Shown piece by piece: positions 47,001 through 58,400 of a stretch of DNA of 64,000 bases. The position numbers and the translations under genes were made by a program. Source of the DNA: Oculina patagonica (lineage: Eukaryota). The notes beneath the pieces are model-generated. The model made no database searches. It had not been told where the DNA came from and saw only the letters and a list, made by a program, of their open reading frames with translations. Each line of letters opens with the position of its first letter. Positions within the stretch are counted from its first letter, which is position 1. The stretch is from assembly GCF_052425735.1 (NCBI RefSeq), contig NC_135768.1, positions 13,082,001 through 13,146,000 of the forward strand. Reading direction: 5' to 3'.

Positions 47001-48792
47001 TTGGTACCTATAGTCATAACAAAAACACTTCAATGAAACAAGCCAGCCATTTTCAAAAAAACATGACCTCTAGTGTATACATAAAAAATTGTTCCTCTTG
47101 ATGTAGCAATGACCCTTTACATGATTGGGTGGTGGGACACAAGCTACACAGTGGAACATTCAAAATCAAGCAAGCTGAAGCTTGACTGGTATGAGTCACT
47201 TTGTCCCACTGCGTATCTTGAGTCTCAGCATGGCTGATTTGGAACTGACTGAATCATGCAGAGGGGCAATTACGTTGCACTTAACCCACTGAATAGCACT
47301 TTGAATTAATTCTCCTACATATCTATGGCGGCCTTTTACGGACAAAATAACGAATGACCATACAATGTCAATGTTATGTTGCATGCATCGATGTTGTGTG
47401 AACTAAAAGTTCTCCACCAGAAGCCATTTTGTATGTGCGTTGGATCGCAGGGAACCTGGGTAAAATGTCACTTCCTGTTTTCAAAATTCATTTCTGCTTC
47501 CTCATCTTTTATTTGAAACAAACAGCTTTTAGTGGATTGAATATCTTTTAGTTGTAACAAACATCTTTTAGTTGTATCAAATACCTTGTATCTTTTAGTT
47601 GTAGCGAACATCTTTTAGTTGTATCAAACATCTTTTAGTGTGTATCAAACATCTTTTAGTTCACACAACATCGATGTATGCAACATAACATTGATGTATG
47701 GTCATTCGTTATTTTGTCCGTAAAAGGCCGCCATACATATCAGAGAGACCAATATGAGTTAGGAACAAAAACATGCCATGTATCTTCAGTCTCACATGTT
47801 TGCTTCACTATTCTAATTTAAAACGGCATGTACTTAAACCCGAAACAACGAAACGAAACCACCGAAACGAAACGACCGAAACGAGCGAAACCACCGAAAC
47901 GAAACCGCCGAAACAGCCGAAACGAGCGAAACGAAACGAAATCACCGAAACAAGCAAAACCCATTACAATTACTGAGAGCTAACCGTAAACAGGCTAACC
48001 GGAGTGCAATGTAGGCTAACCTAAGTGAAAAGTAGGCTAACCGGAGTGTGTAGTAGGCTAACAGGAGTGTATAGTAGGCTAACCGGGGTGTATAGTAGGC
48101 TAACCGGAGTGTATAGTAGGCTAAACAGAGTGTATAGTACGGTAGTGGCGAAAATCTTGAAGTTTTGCTTGTTTCGGTGATTTTGTTTCGTTTCGCTCAT
48201 TTCGGCCGTTTCAGCGGTTTCGTTTTGGTCGTTTCGGCGGTTTCGGTGGTTTCGTTTCGTTGTTTCAGGTTTTAGTACATGCCATTTAAAACAGATTGAA
48301 GTTTTACAAGTTCACCAGACTTAAAAATAATACCCGTATTTTTTTTTTAATGTTTAGCTAAAAGTTCAATTTCCAAACTCAGTTGAAGTATTAAAACTGG
48401 GCGATGACAGTCAGTTTCATTCAATTTTGTTTGAAACAGAACACAAAAAAGTCATGTATCTAAAATTATTACATGACCAAACAAAATCAAAACATATCAA
48501 AATCAAATTCAATTCTTCAACTGCAATAAGAATTTCATTTGATTTTGTAAGATGTGTTATGCCAGAAGAAAAGTAAAATTAATTTTACAGTTATTCTAAC
48601 CTGAGAACAAACTGTTTGAGCCAATGAGTGGAAGGTTCCAGCTGCTAACTTGATCACTCCAACATCACTGAGCTCTTTCACACAGCATGGGTAAAATCTG
48701 TATAAAGAGGCATTATCCTCTGTCATGCTAAATGCACTTTCTAAAAAGTTAAGTGGGTCTAGTGCAATTCATAATAATAATAATAATAATAA

Positions 48793-48823
<31 letters not shown>

Positions 48824-51800
48824 AAGAAGAAGAAGAAGAAGAAGAAGAAAACAAACAAACAAGTTATTTAAGAAGAATATTTAACGAGGGAATCAAACTT
48901 GCAAAAGTGGTTTCAGTGGAGTCCTCGTAAATTGAAAATTCCATTAAATTCAAATAATTGTATTAAATCAATTAAATTGTTCTATTAAATATTATTTCAT
49001 TTTATCTTACATGTATTTAATTGTTCAGCAAAAGTTGAGTTACCCTAAATGCTCCAATTAGTGCCTGGAGAGCTTATTTACGGGTAATTTTTTAAGAGCG
49101 CAAATTCCAAGGGGGCACTTAGTTGAAGGGGGTGTTCATTTCCTTTATGAGCCTCAAAATGACATTGTTTTTATTTCTAGTGAAGCCACACTGTAACATA
49201 ATAATTAGAAAAAAACTGTAATAGCAAATCTCTTTTTTTGCATGAAACTTGAGCCTGAAACGTTTATCAGGTGGTGGTTTAAGTCACTGGAGACAAGAAA
49301 CTCAAAAATGGCCTTATAATTACAGGAACTTTCAAGGCAATAACAAGAAGCTGGTGATGTCACATGTCACATTCATTAAAAGTACCGTAACGTCTCGTAT
49401 ATCATACCTTCCGTAACTTATTCTTTTTTGTGGGAGTGCTAATGAGAAGGGGGATACTTATTCAATATTTTAAGTCTTAAGAGGGGCATCAATTTGAAAT
49501 GGGGGGGAGCGTGGGGCTTATTTGAAGCTGGACACTAATTCAAGCATTATTTTATGGTATAACAATGTGTGGTTTTCCACTGGCTGAGGAACGAAAGAGG
49601 CGGAAAATGTTTTTCTCCCACACGGCTGGGAGCCTGGGTTCGAGTGTATGGGGGGTTTCAGGTCACGAGAGACGCTCACGGTTCACTTTGCGTTTCACTT
49701 TGAGTAATTCTAGGGGCAATTGAGTTGGTGTTTTCATTAAGGGACCATGCAGTTTCATTCGCTTGATTCATGTCTTATTCCCATGTATATTCTTTTGCGA
49801 GTCTTTTTTGATTCAGTTTCTTTTTCTTGATGTATTGGAGTTATTGTTTTAATAAAGGTCAGGCTGCGTGGTTCGGCTTGGCATGGCTCCCAGTTGTGTG
49901 TGAGAATTACTATTGCAGATGTAGGATATTATTATATGATTATAAACTGGTTACCAAGGTCCAACCCAATCCTGTTTACTTTTATTAATAACTAGTACAC
50001 GTATTGATTAAAATCTAATAGCATTTACCCATTGTCATCCCAAGAGCCATGCATCCCTCTTAGCCAGCTGAGCCTATGCACGAGAAACAAGTGGCTCTAG
50101 GGACAAATGATTTCATTGGCTAGATTTTAACAAAGGGAGTTTCAAAACAAGCAAACTCAAATCAAATGTTTTAACATTGGAATTTTAAAACAGTTGATTT
50201 GATAACCTGTTTTTTTTTCTTTCTTTTTTTTTTTTTTTGTCAACATTCAACCAATCAAATCATGTATCCCCAGAGCTACTTGTTACTTGTGCACAGGCTC
50301 AGTTGGCTAAGAGCGACATGCAGCTCTGGCGACGATAACGAGCATTTTACCTATCTTCTGTATCTCCCAGGCCAAGCTGTCCACAGCCTCCCCTCCCCCA
50401 TGACCAAACCTGAGTGTTTGCACCAGCCATTTTGAATTTGCTTCCATCAGCATCACACAGACAAAGACCAAGCAATCCACACTGTTTACAAGGCACCTTT
50501 ACTATCACCGCTCCAGGAGGATCATTATGAGAGAACTGTCCTGGTACAGATCCTGATGTTGTAAACATCCCAGTAACTGATCCCACTACTGCACTTGTCA
50601 GTTTGCTGAGGTTCACATCAGGTCTGATCAGTCTGCTACCAATGGCACTGTAAAAACCAGATGAATACTTTCTAGTTACTGCAGTTTGTGATGGTTTCTT
50701 TTCCTGACTTACTTTAGTAAGAGAATCCTCAGAGTCTGAATCAGTGCTTGCAAAATATGTAATGCTCATATCACTTGAAGGACTTGATAAAGTTACTAGA
50801 GAGGGGCTTTCATCTGGTGTATATAAATTAGAAATATTTTCATTTGACTTTGAAGTTTCGACAGAGGCAACAGTCTGTGTTTCTTTCAAAGACTTGGTAT
50901 GTTCACAGTTGATGTTGACGTATTTGTCAGTAGTTTCCTCTAGTGATGCAAAATTAATATCACTGGGAGTACTTTTACCAAGAGATGAGTGACATGCCAT
51001 TTCAGCCGCCTCATCTTGGCTGTTAACAACAGTGTATAAGTCAGCATTATCTAATGAATCCAAGTTCTGTTTTTCTTTGTTTGAGGCATTTTCTTTATCC
51101 TGATCTTGCTCCAAAATAGGTGGTTTATTGGCCACAATCTCAAATACGCCTTCAGCACTCTTCTCTGTTACAACAGGCTCGTAGCTGAGATAAGTTCGAG
51201 CGATACTTGGCTTCTCAATGTTCAATAAACCAGAACCAGTGTCGACTGTTAAAGTTCTATGATATTCATGTTGTCCTGTGACTTGGCTTTTTTGTGGTGA
51301 TCCCTTGGATGGTTTCCTCTGCTTCTTTTTGGACTTCTTCCCCCGCTTTGGTGTTTTTGCTGGCTGTGATGTTACGTCTCTATCACTACATGAATTCGTG
51401 AAAGTAGGGCATGATTGATCCTCTTGAATAACAGCTAAACTATGGTATGCTCCACAGCAAACTGACGTAACATGCTTTCCAATTAAAAGCTCTATTTGCT
51501 TAGGAATTGTTACTTTGTCTATCTCCGTACCATGTCCCAGCTGACAGCCAGTACCCCATGACCAAATTTCACCTTCAATGGAAAGCGCCAGTGAGTGGGA
51601 ATCACCACATGCAATTTGTGTAATCACAGGCTCTTTCTTTTTACTGTCTTTATCTTGTTGTGTAAGAAGATGTGTTTGTCTGGTGTCAGGGATGTTATAT
51701 CGTTCAAACTGGACTCGTGAAGGCTGGTTAGCCAATTTTATATCGCCGATACCGCACTGTCCACTAGACGAATCTCCCCAAAAGTACACTTCATTGTTTG

Positions 51801-52119
51801 CACAAATAACACCACTGTGATGACCACCACAACAAATGTCCAGCACACGTTTGTCGCGAAAATAATCAACTTGCGTCGGTTCTCGACGCGGTTTACCATC
51901 GCCAAGACCAAGCTGGCCAAAAGAATTATCTCCGACAGAAAGTAACTCCGAGTTAAACGTAAGGAGCAAAGTATGACTGTTTCCTAAGGCTACCTTCGAT
52001 ATCCCAGCACATAATGCTACGCTTCTAATGTGAGGTTCTAAGTTCGTTGACCGCCAAAAATACGCAATTCCCTTAGCAAAGTCATCTTTGGCTTCTTCTT
52101 GTTCCTTTATTGGATTCAT
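20909..52119 (-). CDS. ALS2: Alsin (RCC1-like, DH/PH, MORN, start of VPS9 region); 27 exons, 3' end not in window
   Basis: Phase-consistent GT-AG exons: 50351-52119, 48601-48697, 46886-46963, 46084-46196, 44262-44469, 43363-43421, 42630-42742, 41684-41873, 40347-40412, 39620-39677, 38213-38326, 36328-36462, 34544-34672, 33783-33856, 32441-32507, 31679-31743, 30884-31027, 29412-29477, 28957-29058, 27807-27971, 27431-27542, 26544-26621, 26311-26438, 25332-25611, 23456-23613, 22951-23211, 20909-20957. Alsin signatures: FPLATVWAE, NGIKITTPEE, MORN YxGxW repeats, HPLGQLV, PRLYPPLFTLYAL. Confidence 0.92.
21115..21611. mobile_element. Foldback/MITE-type repeat with a perfect 64-bp palindrome (21115-21178) and a ~150-bp imperfect palindrome (21464-21611)
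   Basis: Palindromes read directly. Confidence 0.7.
21985..22788. mobile_element. Non-autonomous TTAA-target DNA transposon (Kolobok-like termini GG..CC)
   Basis: TTAA-GGTCGCGCAGGACCCTTGC ... GCAAGGGTTCTGCGCGACC-TTAA. Confidence 0.8.
24099..24575. mobile_element. MITE with imperfect TIRs
   Basis: AGGGCCTGTTTACGTGATTCCGGAATG ... CATTCCGGATTCATGTAAACAGCAAGCCCT. Confidence 0.6.
24938..25232. mobile_element. MITE with ~35-bp TIRs (second copy at 63694-63973)
   Basis: TTATTGCGGTTTTCAGTGAAATGCGAACTCTGAAA ... TTTCAGAGTTCGCATTTCACTGAAAACCGCAATAA. Confidence 0.85.
31915..32056. mobile_element. Short palindromic MITE (related copy ~19751-19882)
   Basis: GGTTGTTTGAAGGGTGGATAACGCTATCCACCGGATAAAT ... 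ATTTATCCGGTGGATAGCGTTATCCACCCTTTGAACAACC. Confidence 0.8.
32787..33008. mobile_element. MITE, PIF/Harbinger-like
   Basis: GCGGCCTTCACACGACAAACT ... AGTTTGTCGTGTGAAGGCCGC; TAA/TTTA flanks. Confidence 0.75.
34815..36200 (+). mobile_element. Degenerate Penelope-like retroelement (RT C-terminal half + GIY-YIG endonuclease)
   Basis: Frameshifted fragments FDVVSLFTSIP, GCPNGSP..LANLVME, WWYRYVD, GVAYKITCKDCEKVYIGQT..RTREHKR. Confidence 0.9.
36107..36148 (+). ncRNA. Degenerate minimal hammerhead ribozyme in Penelope 3' repeat
   Basis: CAGAUGA (for CUGAUGA) - GUUA/UAAC stem II - GAAA-UGUC. Confidence 0.5.
37638..37681 (-). ncRNA. Minimal hammerhead ribozyme (Penelope type)
   Basis: CUGAUGA-A-GGUAAC(AGAGA)GUUACC-GAAA-AUUC; palindromic AAUU in place of stem III. 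Confidence 0.75.
38066..38107 (+). ncRNA. Minimal hammerhead ribozyme, inverted copy
   Basis: CUGAUGA-AC-GUAAC(AGAGA)GUUAC-C-GAAA-AUUC. Confidence 0.7.
38781..39203. mobile_element. Tc1/mariner-type MITE (TA target) nested inside another MITE (~38540-39262, related to 29580-29872)
   Basis: TA-CAGTAAAAACCCGTGAGTAAGAACCTA ... TAGGTTCTCACTCGCGGGTTTTTACTG-TA; the flanks rejoin into a repeat resembling 29580-29872. Confidence 0.75.
40838..41165. repeat. Degenerate tandem subrepeats (GAGCCATxCAAGCTATCC..AAAAAATTGT) within a repeat element
   Basis: Direct reading. Confidence 0.65.
42000..42588 (-). mobile_element. Two adjacent tRNA-derived SINE copies (~42000-42288 and ~42313-42588)
   Basis: A box TGGCCTAATGG and B box GGTTCAAGCCC on the minus strand of the second copy; shared core TTCTTGGGCAAGACACTTTACTCTCA. 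Confidence 0.85.
43075..43305 (-). mobile_element. tRNA-derived SINE, second family
   Basis: GGGAGTGGCACAGTGGTGATAG tRNA-like head on the minus strand. Confidence 0.55.
45424..45672 (+). mobile_element. tRNA-derived SINE (same family as 42000-42588) with (TTACC)n tail
   Basis: GGTGGCATAATGGTTAGAGCACTCGAC head, shared core, CTTTACCTT tail. Confidence 0.85.
47324..47735. mobile_element. MITE with long TIRs and internal ~20-bp tandem (CATCTTTTAGTTGTATCAAA)
   Basis: TATGGCGGCCTTTTACGGACAAAATAACGAATGACCATA ... TATGGTCATTCGTTATTTTGTCCGTAAAAGGCCGCCATA. Confidence 0.85.
47825..48283. mobile_element. Foldback MITE with CGAAA-modular TIRs and internal 21-bp tandem (GTAGGCTAACCGGAGTGTATA)
   Basis: GGCATGTAC ... 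GTACATGCC termini. Confidence 0.85.
48772..48849. repeat. Compound (AAT)n(GAA)n microsatellite
   Basis: Direct reading. Confidence 0.97.
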
Positions 52120-52522
52120 TTATCCTTTACCCACCAGTTGTCTTCCCTTTTAGTATATACTTCATGGTAATATGTCATGTAGTCTCCCACCAATTTACTC
52201 TCCCCGTCATGTAACATGTCATACAGTTTCCACACTGTTTCCTTGCGCTCCCATGATCCCAAACCGTCATAGCGCGAATCCTTTACTATTCGTACAATCG
52301 CTTCGTTTAGGTCGAAATGAAATGTGTGGGACTCTAAACTGTGTAGGACTTTCGCCCTTCTGCTATTGTTCTGTCGGACATATTTTTGGTCGTACTAGTG
52401 GCCTTTAATTTATCTGAAAACTTTTATTAGGCCGCCTAATAAAATTAAATAGCTTGAATAGTTTTAAGCACTCAAAATATTTACTCCACTGACGAATAAC
52501 AGTGGTATTTCTCTAATTATAA

Positions 52523-52746
52523 GGCTCCGTCCACACTGACCCGGGTAAAATTGAAAACGGAGAAATTTGAAAACGCCGGGTAACATTAACCCGGGTAAAT
52601 TTGAAAACGATACCCACTTTAGAGAGCGTTTTTTAAAAGTTCCGTTTTCGGTGACCCTAAACGCCGTTTCAGTGTGGACGGTTGGCCTATCCGTTTTAAA
52701 AAAAAGATGCGTTTTCGAATTTACCCGGGTCAGTGTGGACGGAGCC
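52523..52746. mobile_element. PIF/Harbinger-type MITE with TAA TSD
   Basis: TAA-GGCTCCGTCCACACTGACCCGGGTAAA ... TTTACCCGGGTCAGTGTGGACGGAGCC-TAA. Confidence 0.9.
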
Positions 52747-53368
52747 TAAGAGAAACATCACACCAATTTTGTTATACATTGTTAAACTAGACAGCGAAGG
52801 GGGATCAGCTCCCAACACACGGTATACTTGTTGATACTGCTTTTAATAAGGTCACAACTGTACTCGTCTCTGGCTTTACAATTCACTGTCGTTTACAGTT
52901 TTTTAGCTCTAGTAGTTTACAGGAAATTATCTAAGAACTTGCATCAGTGCTAAATTAAGCTGGGCTTGCTACTTCTAGGAACGAATTTCTAGGATCAGAA
53001 CTAATAGAAGGTAGCGGTGGTTACCTCAGAAAAAACTTAGTAATAATTGAACAAGTTTTGACTAGACGGATTGGTTATGAGGTGAATATTTAATGAGCTT
53101 GAAGGAAAAGGCCATTTTGGGCTAGGTCGGAACCTAATGAAGCGTGCAAGGGCCTGAGCAATAACATTGATATCATAGCTCTGTTTACTGAAGCGAAAGG
53201 CGTAAGCAACTAAAACAACAGATGAGCTAAAACTGACAGTTGCCCAAAGGCAATTGATATCCTGCATTGACTCTGGCTATCAGATAATCAACCATTAATT
53301 GTACCGAAAAATCGTATCATAATTTAACATTTAAAATTTCCAACACCAAAAATAAGTTACCGCTTTCA

Positions 53369-53600
53369 TTAAAGGAGCTATGTCGCGGACAACGCAACTT
53401 GAAAAATTTGCCAATTTTTTCAAGATTGTCATTCGTAATCTTCGTCAGTCGAAACCATCCTTGGTTAACTTATTTTCGGGGTCTTATTACTCCTTTGCTG
53501 TTTTTCTACGTTAGAAAACTATTTTTTTGAGGTTTTCTTCAATTTGAAGGTAATCAGACGGAAAAATGACTTTAAATACCGTGACATATAGCTTCTTTAA
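53369..53600. mobile_element. TTAA-target MITE (Kolobok-like)
   Basis: TTAAAGGAGCTATGTCGCGG ... CCGTGACATATAGCTTCTTTAA. Confidence 0.6.
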
Positions 53601-53868
53601 ATAAGAGAATACCAAAATATGTGTAACAGTAACATATGGTTTATTCAGTATGAAAGAAAAAATATATACAATATTAAAAATACATCTTGAAAGGGAAACA
53701 CGAGGTTGGCCCTATAACGTTTTGCTCCCAACACCGAGCATTTTTTCAATCTTTTTTTGTTTGGTTGAATGTTTTGACTTATAACAAACGACATGCACTT
53801 CGACTTGTTAATTGGATGTGCCACGGCCGAAGCGCCGAAAACAATAATAAGGTACGTATCATGTATAT

Positions 53869-54576
53869 ATATGTCTGAATTTATCAAAACCGGGTCAAAG
53901 AAAAGTGACGTCAGTATTCTTGAACAAGTACGTTACTGGGCGAATTGACTTAGAACGCCACAAGAAAGGGAAAAAAAAAAAAACAGAAATACAGCGCTGA
54001 AAGGTAGAGAAGAGAGAGGAGAAGAGAAAAAAAGACTGACATTCCCTTTAGTTTTTATATCATCGAGTTTGGAGATAGTTTCTGGCGAGAAAAAAACGCG
54101 TTTACAGCGATTTGCGCTTTAAAAGGTGAAAACTTCCTTGACCTGGTTTTGATAAATTCAGACATATGATTCAATAGTATAACCGGAAAGGCCAAGAATG
54201 AGCTTCTCGAGTTACAATCAATCATTTTCTATGCATCTAGAGAGATATCCAGGCTTTCCCTGCTCATACTATTGAATCATATGTCTGAATTTATCAAAAC
54301 CGGGTCAAAGAAAAGTGACGTCAGTATTCTTGAACAAGTACGTTACTGCGCGAATTGACTTAGAACGCCACAAGAAAGGGAAAAAAAAAAAACAGAAATA
54401 CAGCGCTGAAAGGTAGAGAAGAGAGAGGAGAAGAGAAAAAAAGACTGACATTCCCTTTAGTTTTTATATCATCGAGTTTGGAGATAGTTTCTGGCGAGAA
54501 AAAAACGCGTTTACAGCGATTTGCGCTTTAAAAGGTGAAAACTTCCTTGACCTGGTTTTGATAAATTCAGACATAT
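53869..54576. mobile_element. Tandem dimer of a ~298-bp TIR element separated by a 111-bp spacer with its own inverted ends
   Basis: Copies 53869-54167 and 54279-54576 are nearly identical; spacer GATTCAATAGTAT...ATACTATTGAATC. Confidence 0.85.
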
Positions 54577-55429
54577 ATATTCCCTGTGTTTCTTTTTAAG
54601 CGATGACGTCAGGAAATCGCTTATTGTCATCGCAAGACCGACCCGATCTTTTTGTCTGTTTCGGTCGAACAGAAATCAAGTTTAACTTGATAACAAGAAA
54701 TCGCCGCGTAGAACACAAAAGCAAAATACTCCCGTGCAGTTAAAATGGAACACTACAATGTATAAACGAAAGAGACTAATTACATATGATGGGATCTATT
54801 AGAATTAGTAGACAGAAATTTCTAACTCTTATAATAATAAGGGCCGCGGTGGGCAAGAGACCATTTGACCTTTCTCGCAGCTTAAAAGCTGACTCCCGCG
54901 TATCGTATGTCGTTTATCGGAAGTCACACACTACAATATAACGCAATCTACTGTTGTTCAATTGAGCAAATCTACGAAGAAAATGTATTATTAACTTTGC
55001 ATCCTTGGCCTGTGAATTTATAACTACTGTTAATTCTGTATTTATTTGAATTCCATCATATCCTAACTATACTATTTAGACAATCACCAACATTGCTTCT
55101 TAGGTTTAAAAAATGTACACTGCAATTGGATAACAGTCTTTATCACGCCCTCAATTATGTTAGACCCTTTGTGAAACGTCATCGCTTCTGCATGCACTGC
55201 ATGCCGTTTATTTACGAAGTAGTAGGAATAAAAGATAACTGTATTTAATAATGAAGAATAGTATTTTTTGACTATTTTATACGTATATAGGCATCCTGTC
55301 GGTTTACTAAGTTTGCTTTATTGTAACCACGAGTAGTACGGTGACAGAGTCTCAGTTCACTAGCTTCCATATGCTATATGTACATCATTGTAATACAGTT
55401 GGTTTGAACACATGAAGAGACAGGGCTGT

Positions 55430-58400
55430 CTACTCAGGCTGTTTTAAATTCTTCTTTTTCTTTTTCGCTGATGGCTTGTAACTGCTTGTTGACAAGGTCT
55501 TGGATTTTATAGGTCTCTAGAACAAATAAACCGGATACACATTACTACAATAACTGACCAAACTCTTGTGCCTGAACAGAGCATAACAACTTTCAATAAT
55601 ACACTATATTACCAGACTCTTACCAGCCAACAAATGTAAAAAAAAAATAAAAAAACAACAACAACTCCAAAACATATCCTGATGCAGAGGTTATCTCATC
55701 ATATAGGTTTAATGAGTAAAAAAAATTGAACATGCATTGTCAGGGATCATCATCTGTGCTTTCATTAGTTATAGCTATACAGCAGGCTTGATGTTAACCT
55801 GAGATCATGCCCTTCCCCCCCACACCTACTTATCACTCCCTTTCGAACAAAGAACGTCTGTGTTAGCTTGATGTAAAATTCAGTGCTGAAAATGGTCCTA
55901 AAGAAAATACTTAAGAGGCGGTCTTTCTTAAAAACACCCACTCAAAACTCGTGTCAAAAAAATAATTTTGCCTGAAACTCTGCCAACTGAAAGACTTTAC
56001 CGAGGCTAAAACTAAAATAGATTTGGTTTGATTCAAAATGATTTTCAGGCCGCGTTAGGAGCCATTAAATATTTGGCCTCTTCGGGCCTGCCACAACGTC
56101 TGAAAAATTAGAAACATAGGCATTTTTTGAGCCACTGTCAAATATTTCATTTGCATCGAACACCAACAATTTTATATCAATTTGTTCATAAACATTTCTA
56201 ATTTTCTAAGAAAGAAGCAAGTTTTCCCTTGATTTATTTGGAAATGGGAAATCAAGGATATAATGACCACTACTGATTAGCATCAAACGAAGGTTGAAAA
56301 AAGGCCTTGATTTAGAAGCGAATATCTCAATTTCGGGACCTAGCTAATAACTCTACTCTGCACAGCCAAAAAGTGTAGTCCGGCTTTATTGGCTAAAATA
56401 TGCAAAATCACATGTACGTTTTCAGTATTTGAAGAGTTATGACCATTTGTATCAGCACATGTGTGAGCCGTGAGTAATAACACATTTCAGCTTATCGTCG
56501 TCGTAAAGTGTCATGCTGCTACTGGAAAACTTGTCCAAAGATGGTGTATCAGTCAAACAGTTACAACTATCCTGTCAACTGTACTTTACCTTCAATCGCT
56601 GGAGCAAGCCATTGTCTTTCTAGAAGTCTTCATTTATCTTATATATATGTTTAGTTCTAAAGGCATACTTACCTTACCAGATGACTTTAGGCTTGCATGA
56701 CTTATACTTTGAGGGTCTTGAAATCTCTTTAAATCGGCAGCAAAAAGAACCTGCATATACACCAAAATGGAAACAACTATTACCATAAGCCTATTTAGTA
56801 TTTAGTTAGTTACATTAACCACTTAATGAAGGGTAACTGCATTATGTGCACTTTTAAAATATATTTCTACCCAAGAGATTTTTCCCTTTGGTAATTAAAA
56901 TTCCACAAAAAACTGCCCAGCCCTGGTGACTTAAGTAAAGAGGCGTGTGCACATGTTTTATGTTTTATATGCATTGAAAAGATTTCACTTGGATGAGAAT
57001 CTGAGAATTTTTCAGTTGCACTTCCTTAACTGACTTGAACTGTCATTTATGCTATATAGTAAATATCTCCCTGCAAGACAAATTTACCTAAACGTTTGTG
57101 TTTATAATGTTGAAAATTATGTACTCAAACGAAAAATGGAGAAACATCAATCTTTTATCTAGGCTTCAAATACACTCATGGTACTTAGCCCTTGATAATG
57201 ACAAACAAACTATTACCGATTGTGCCCATCCTGCATATTCCCCAAACAGGTGCCTGTAATGATCACCTGAAGATAAAAATTGAAACATAGCTTGATTATG
57301 GATGCTGCAACAAAAATGCTTACTACTTCAATTCAATAACATATATTTTGCTTTTTACAACTGTTTTCTTCTCAGTCATCATTGTTCTTGCACAATATAC
57401 CAGTATTTTCTTTTTACTTAGCCAGTAGTCTCTCTCTTATTGTTAAAAACTTGCCATATTGCCATTCTTTGGGGTATTTTAATAAAACATTATTCCACTT
57501 AGCTTGATTGCCCCCGTTTGTTGTCTATATATATATATGTATGAAGCCCTATGATCTAAGTCTTGCAAAAGGCTGCACAACCACATATATTTTTATCTGT
57601 AACATGCCCTCAGCCGACAATCTGTTGAATAATAAAGCAGTTATCCTCCGTAATCTAGCAAAATATCATCTGATTTAACCTCACTTGCATCATCGGCTAG
57701 AGCCTTGTTGGTTGAGTTTCTGGCAATACTTCTTAGGATAACTGTTAATATTTATTACAGATATTATCTGCTCAAGTGCATTGCAGATCCTTAATTGCCC
57801 ACCTATTTGCCTATAAACTTTAGCAGTAAGAGACTTGGTCTTCACAAGCTGTGGCATGTAGTGTTTTGCAGTTATCTGCCAGAGATGTGTGTCCACAGGA
57901 ACTGCTTCATGCTTGTCAAGTGACATAAGACATACACAGTCAGCCACCTTAGCTCCAACACCGGGCAGCTGACAAAGAGCTATAACATTAAAATTCAAAA
58001 ATCATTAGTTAATTGTAGTTGGCTTGCCTTTCTGTTAGACTGATAATAAAATCAGAAGCCCATTAAATTCTTGGTTCTTGAGTGATTGCGTCATGAGACT
58101 TACAACCCCTGAAAAATTCAGCAGATCACAACGATCCTACGTTCTAAAAGAATGTGGCCCCAAACATTCTTATGATTACTAATGGATGCTTAACAACATT
58201 GTGAATGAACCAAGCGAATATACTGGTACTATTTGTATACCTTCTTTTAAAAGAGACTGGTTGCAAACATTTGTATAAGTGTGTAGTAGTCACGAGAGAC
58301 TTGTTTAAATACAGTGAGGATATAAGAAAGGGAAGAAAAAGTCTGACTCGACTTGATCAAGTTGTGACAACTTGTCTCACAAACAGCCAGCCCGACTTTA

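Noticed and set aside
47990-48140. 21-bp repeats as a CRISPR array
   Set aside because: Contiguous tandem units without unique spacers, inside a MITE in a eukaryotic intron; no cas genes.
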